Source of the DNA: an uncultured delta proteobacterium
GTDB lineage: Bacteria; Desulfobacterota; Binatia; Binatales; Binataceae
Length of the DNA stretch: 64,000 nt
Assembly (NCBI GenBank): GCA_963724765.1
Contig: CAVRVY010000004.1
Location: 864,001 to 928,000, forward strand
Direction of reading: 5' to 3'
How positions within the stretch are numbered: position 1 is the stretch's first letter; the number at the start of each line of letters is the position of its first letter. A model generated the notes under the pieces. The model did not search any database. It was given only the letters and a program-made list of their open reading frames with translations, and was not told where the DNA came from. Of this stretch, positions 59,490-64,000 are shown in pieces. Position numbers and translations under genes: made by a program.

Positions 59490-61955
59490 TCACAATGCAC
59501 TCACTGCCGTCTCGACTTCATGTGCCAGCTCGACGTAGTCGCCGCCCTTGAGCTCCATCGGCGATCCGAACGCCACTTCGACGGGACCCGGATGAATCAT
59601 CCTTGAGTAGCGATGCAGCACGTGGTCGAGGCCTCTCAAACGGATGGGCACTACGGGCACTCGCAGCCTCGAACCGACCATACCGACCCCCGGTTGGAAC
59701 GTCCCTATTTGCCCGGTCATGGTGCGCTCACCCTCAGGGAAAATCAGGACCGACCAACCTTCACTTACGAGGTCACCGATATGACGCATCGTTTCGCGCA
59801 GTCCAGCTTCCTCTTGCGAAAGCGGAAAGCCATTGAAGAGCAGGGTTGCCAAGTAGTAGTTGGCGCTACTGCTCAGCCATTGCGGACGGGTATGACGCTC
59901 GGGATGGAAGTGGGCGTCGAAAAATTCTTTCCACATCGCGGGAACGACCGAATGGCGCCATGGTGGCGGCAACGCGGCCAGAATCACCGGTGTATCAAGG
60001 TGGCTCTGATGATTCGAAGCGAAGATGACAGGACCTTTTAGAGAATCGAGGACGTCGAGCCCGCGGACCTGGATGTGCGAGCAGAGGTGTGTAATCGGAA
60101 GAATGAGCCCGGCCAGTGCAATCCGCCGGACCAGGCACGCCGGAGCGCTCCGATTCCAGCTCAGCGACACCGCCGGTTCCTGCGGGGGTACCGCTCGAGA
60201 GAGCTGCTCGGTGAGATCGCCGAGCATGCGCGCCTCGCTGAAGGCGCGCTCGTCGAGCGTGACGTTGAAGCGCTCCTCCAACTCGACCATCAGCTCGACC
60301 TGTTCGAGCGAGCTCAAGCCGAGTTCCTTGAGCGTGGTGTCAGGCGTGATTGTCCGATCGGGGGCGTAGCGATGGAGCACAGCGATGATTTCGCTGTGCT
60401 CGCCGGGCGTCGTTTGCGGCAGCGGAGCGCCCGCATCTACCCATTTCTGGATCGTCGGGCGTTTGAGCTTTCCCGTACCTTCGGTGCGGGGCAGGTCCCC
60501 CGTGCTCCACACCGAAACGCTGCGGATCTTCTGATGCTCCTCGAGCTGGTCGTTGGCGCGGCGGACGACCTCATCCTGATCGGCCCCGCTATCCAGGACG
60601 AGCACGGCATGAACACGCTCCCTGCCGACGACGGCGCAGTCGCGAACTCCCGGGATTCGGCTGAGGACCAGTTCGACGTCGTCGGGAAAAACCTTGAGGC
60701 CCTCGGGCGTGACGATCATTTCGCTCAAGCGTCCGCGCACGATGAGGTAGCCGTCGCGGTCGAGCGCGCCGATGTCAGCGGTGTGGAACCAACCGTTCTC
60801 GAAGGCCCGGGAAGCCTCGGCCGGAGCGCCGACGTAACCCGGGGTCACGATATCGCCCCGCACCAGGATTTCGCCGTCGGGCGCGATCCGCAGATCGACC
60901 CCGGGCAACGGTCTCCCCACCGTCCCGGGCTTGAGATGGAACGGATGATTGAAGCTGATGATCGGCGCGGTCTCGGTGAGCCCGTACCCCTGCACGACCA
61001 TGAAACCGAGTTGCCGCCAGAATTCCTCGAGGCCCGTCTCGAGCGGCGCGCCGCCCACGACGAAGCCGAAGAACTTCCAGCCGAAGGGGCGATGGACTTT
61101 GCGATAGCGCCAGCGGCGGGCGAGCCACGATAAGGCATTAGGCTTGATGCGCGCGAGGTCGGGAAACTCGCGCAGCAAGTACTGGCGGAGAACCTGGAGC
61201 ATCTTTGGCACCGCGACCAGGAACGCCACGCGCTTGCCCCGGATTTGGCGGACGATCTCGTGTGGGGCGTAGCCGCGCATGAACACCACGGTCGCCGGCA
61301 CCATCGGCGGAAAGAACGTCGCCAAGGCCTGCCCGAACATGTGGCTGAGCGGCAGCAGGTTGAGCAGCCGGATCGGAAAGAGCGGGCGGACATAGCGGCG
61401 GTACTTGAGCACTTCGCGCTCGATCGGGATCAGGTCGGCGACCACGTTGCGATGGGTGATCACGACGCCCTTGGGGGCCGCGGTCGAGCCCGAGGTGAAG
61501 ACGATTTCAGCGATGTCGTCGGCCGTGAGCGCAACCGCCGACCTGGTATCCGCGCTGCGCGAAAGGTCGAGGTCGGCAAGCCGCCAGACAGGCGCCGCCT
61601 CGCCCAGGCCGTCGCCGCGGACTTCGTCGCCGACCAGGATGGCGCGTGCCTGTACCAGGCCCTGGATGCTGCGCAGCACCTCGGCCGAAGATCGGTAGTC
61701 AATCGGAACGACGATAACTCCACCCAGCAGGCATCCCCAGAACGCGGCCAGCCATTCGGGACGGTTCTCCGACCAGAACAGAACTTTCTCGCCCTTGCCG
61801 ATACCCTCGCGCTCAAGCCGCGCCGCGAAGGCGCGGGCGGCGCCGGCAATTTGCCGATATTGATAGGTCCAGAAGCGGAAGCCGTCGTCGTGGATTACGA
61901 ACTCGGCCGATGAATCGGCGAAGTCGTTGAAGAAGTCGAGCAGGGTTGTGTGCAC
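59490..61955 (-). CDS. Fused long-chain acyl-CoA/AMP ligase - acyl carrier domain - PlsC-type acyltransferase
   Basis: FTSGSTAAPKG, QGYGLTE, LGLSSL carrier motif, NHQSHLD and FPEG acyltransferase motifs; GTG start. Confidence 0.88.
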   Translation of the reverse strand: MHTTLLDFFNDFADSSAEFVIHDDGFRFWTYQYRQIAGAARAFAARLEREGIGKGEKVLFWSENRPEWLAAFWGCLLGGVIVVPIDYRSSAEVLRSIQGLVQARAILVGDEVRGDGLGEAAPVWRLADLDLSRSADTRSAVALTADDIAEIVFTSGSTAAPKGVVITHRNVVADLIPIEREVLKYRRYVRPLFPIRLLNLLPLSHMFGQALATFFPPMVPATVVFMRGYAPHEIVRQIRGKRVAFLVAVPKMLQVLRQYLLREFPDLARIKPNALSWLARRWRYRKVHRPFGWKFFGFVVGGAPLETGLEEFWRQLGFMVVQGYGLTETAPIISFNHPFHLKPGTVGRPLPGVDLRIAPDGEILVRGDIVTPGYVGAPAEASRAFENGWFHTADIGALDRDGYLIVRGRLSEMIVTPEGLKVFPDDVELVLSRIPGVRDCAVVGRERVHAVLVLDSGADQDEVVRRANDQLEEHQKIRSVSVWSTGDLPRTEGTGKLKRPTIQKWVDAGAPLPQTTPGEHSEIIAVLHRYAPDRTITPDTTLKELGLSSLEQVELMVELEERFNVTLDERAFSEARMLGDLTEQLSRAVPPQEPAVSLSWNRSAPACLVRRIALAGLILPITHLCSHIQVRGLDVLDSLKGPVIFASNHQSHLDTPVILAALPPPWRHSVVPAMWKEFFDAHFHPERHTRPQWLSSSANYYLATLLFNGFPLSQEEAGLRETMRHIGDLVSEGWSVLIFPEGERTMTGQIGTFQPGVGMVGSRLRVPVVPIRLRGLDHVLHRYSRMIHPGPVEVAFGSPMELKGGDYVELAHEVETAVSAL

Positions 61956-61994
61956 GCGAGCTGGCCAAGCTGACGATTATTGATGGTAGTTTAC

Positions 61995-62009
61995 GCATGT
62001 GCCGTGCCA
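61995..62009 (-). promoter_or_regulatory. Putative sigma54 promoter of the ligase-ACP-acyltransferase gene
   Basis: Minus strand TGGCACGGCACATGC, 40 nt upstream of start. Confidence 0.6.
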
Positions 62010-62134
62010 GTCACGATGCGAATTACGGAGGAGGGCGCCGTGGACGCCTCGCATGAGGCTGCCGAACGGGCTGCGGACGGTCAGACTTCTTGGAACGAAC
62101 CGACCATCTTCTCGACGTCCCTCAAGGCGATCGG

Positions 62135-62320
62135 TTAAGAAAGCTGGAGACGCTCCATAATTCGGTCGAGCCGCTCTTTGACGACCAGTTCGAGGGAGTT
62201 GGTAAAGAGCAGCTTGCAGCCCGGAGCAGCGCCTTGCGGCAGCTCGGCCATATGGGTGACGAGGCTGCTGTTCACCCAAACCGCCTGATTGGTACCCTGG
62301 TCCGTCAGCTCAAGCCACAT
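62135..62320 (-). CDS. Small hypothetical protein (FlbD-like pattern)
   Basis: AGGAG RBS; LT......VWVN...V......L.VKE..D.I pattern. Confidence 0.6.
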   Translation of the reverse strand: MWLELTDQGTNQAVWVNSSLVTHMAELPQGAAPGCKLLFTNSLELVVKERLDRIMERLQLS

Positions 62321-62683
62321 ATATGCATTCTCCTGTGAACACGATTTTGGTTGCGGCTCGATTTCGAATCCGCCTTCGACAAGCGAACCCTGAAATAGAG
62401 TCGTCCGCAGGTGACCACCTCAAGGTTGCTCTGGACCACGCCGAGCAACGCGTTGTCGCGCATGGGAGGAATGCACCGATCATGCCGCGTACGATGGTCA
62501 CTGTCATCACGGTTCGTGCTCATGCCGCGGCGACTGAAGCTGAGCACCAGGTGCACAGGAAACCCCCTCCCCTGCTTGTCGTGCAGATAGCAAACGCGCA
62601 GGGATGACTCTCGCGGCCCGCTCTCTGGTACCCCCTCTCGTTCGCGCCATCGAGACCACGACCCGTCCGCGCAAATCGCTCGA

Positions 62684-64000
62684 CTAGCGGATGCTGTGCT
62701 TGTTGAGCAGGCGGTGAAGCGTCTTGCGATCGACCCCGGCCTTGCGCGCCGCCTGCGACACATTGCCGCCCTCGCGCCGGAGCAATTCTGCCACGTAGGC
62801 GGACTCGAGCTCGCTTACCCAGCGCTCCTTGGCTTCTTTCAGAGTAAGTTTGCTGGCGCCCTCGCCGGAAGATGGATGATCCGCCGGCGGCACCACGGTC
62901 CTGAGATGAGCGGGCAGGTCGGCGAGCGTGATCATCTCGCCTTCGGCCAGCGCGCAGGCCCGTTCGATCACGTTTTGCAGCTCGCGCACATTGCCGGGCC
63001 ACGAATACATCTCCAGCGCCGCCATCGCTTCCGGCTCGAATCCCTTGGGCGTCGCTTCGTCACGACGGGCGAATTTCTCCAGAAAGCTCATTGCCAGCAG
63101 TTCGACGTCGCCCTGGCGCTCGCGTAGCGGCGGAAGCGCGATCTCGATGACGGCGAGGCGGTAGTAGAGATCGTCGCGGAACTCGCCGGCCTTCACCAAC
63201 GCTCGCAGGTCGCGATTGGTGGCGCAGACGACGCGAATGTCAACGTCGATCTGCCGCGTGCCGCCCACTCGCCGGATCTGCCGCTCTTGGAGCGCACGCA
63301 GGAACTTGACCTGCAGGCTCAGCGGCAGCTCGCCAATCTCGTCCAGGAACAGCGTGCCGCGATGGGCGCTCTCGATGAGTCCCTGCTTCGCCGCCGTCGC
63401 ACCTGTGAATGCGCCCTTCTCATGGCCGAAGAGTTCCGACTCGAGCAGGTTTTCCGGCAGCGAAGCGCAATCCACCGGCACGAAGGGTTCGGCCGCGCGC
63501 GGGCTGTTGGCGTGGATCGCGCGCGCGATCAGCTCCTTGCCGGTTCCCGATTCGCCGAGCACCAGCATGTTGGCCTCCGAACGCGCCGCCTTGCGCACCA
63601 GCTCGAGCACCTGTTGGAGCGTACTGCTGCGGCCGATGATGTTCTCAAAGCCGAAGATTCCGCGCAGCTGCGCGCGCAGATGGAGGTTTTCCAGCTCCAG
63701 TCGCCGCCGAGTAAGTGCCCGTTCGACCGCAACCTTGAGCTGGTCGATTGAAAACGGTTTGGCGAGATAGTCGAACGCCCCCGCCTTCACCGCCGCGACC
63801 GCGGACTCAAGTGTCGCATGTGCGGTAAGCAACACGACCGGCATCTGCGGATCGATTTCGCGCGCCCTCCTCAGCATCTCCATTCCGTCCAACTCGGGCA
63901 TGCGAAGGTCGGTGAGCAGCAGATCAGGACGCTCCATCCCGAGCAGGCTCAAGGCCTCCCGCGCGTCATTAGTCGTGAGACATTGATAGCCGGCCGCACC
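62684..64000 (-). CDS. Sigma54-dependent response regulator (5' end outside window)
   Basis: REC (DLRMP..DG, YLAKPF), [31 protein letters not shown], Fis HTH; frame open to window edge. Confidence 0.93.
   Translation of the reverse strand, partial: GAAGYQCLTTNDAREALSLLGMERPDLLLTDLRMPELDGMEMLRRAREIDPQMPVVLLTAHATLESAVAAVKAGAFDYLAKPFSIDQLKVAVERALTRRRLELENLHLRAQLRGIFGFENIIGRSSTLQQVLELVRKAARSEANMLVLGESGTGKELIARAIHANSPRAAEPFVPVDCASLPENLLESELFGHEKGAFTGATAAKQGLIESAHRGTLFLDEIGELPLSLQVKFLRALQERQIRRVGGTRQIDVDIRVVCATNRDLRALVKAGEFRDDLYYRLAVIEIALPPLRERQGDVELLAMSFLEKFARRDEATPKGFEPEAMAALEMYSWPGNVRELQNVIERACALAEGEMITLADLPAHLRTVVPPADHPSSGEGASKLTLKEAKERWVSELESAYVAELLRREGGNVSQAARKAGVDRKTLHRLLNKHSIR

Noticed and set aside
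62323-62680. Short ORFs between the small hypothetical gene and the sigma54 regulator
   Set aside because: No RBS or recognisable family in any frame; may be decayed sequence but cannot be supported

Overview
High-GC bacterial chromosome segment. The gene content (many paralogous acyl-CoA dehydrogenases and class III CoA-transferases, DUF1329, Tad pseudopilins, several sigma54 activators) suggests Candidatus Binatota or a deltaproteobacterial-type organism; this is inference only. Positions 1-50.9 kb are mostly core or metabolic genes: end of a Tad pilus cluster, gloA, three acyl-CoA dehydrogenases, CocE/NonD hydrolase, an RND pump pair, ALDH, pepP, a CoA-transferase pair, an ECF transporter, ispF, moeA, an ntrBC-like pair, thiE, hppA and the tig-clpP-clpX-lon-hup-tRNA-Val block. 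Downstream of tRNA-Val(TAC) is an integration hotspot: a 1.9-kb integrase-less islet bounded by a degenerate copy of the tRNA 3' part, then an accessory stress-type region (CsbD, USP, GlgX, DUF992, DUF2950, acyl-CoA ligase-ACP-acyltransferase fusion) with several gene remnants (Flp pilin, BON, groEL). Best second-look items: (1) a CMD/AhpD-like gene split by an in-frame TGA in a CxxU motif with a SECIS-like hairpin, i.e. a probable selenoprotein missed by the ORF track; (2) nested direct repeats around it that record duplication or insertion of the CMD and DUF1329 genes; (3) a degenerate sigma54 activator (no GAFTGA, Walker B E->Q) behind a sigma54-type promoter and a repetitive GGA-rich leader; (4) a charge-free, Met-rich, elastin-like secreted repeat protein. 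No CRISPR array, rRNA or intact transposase/integrase was seen.
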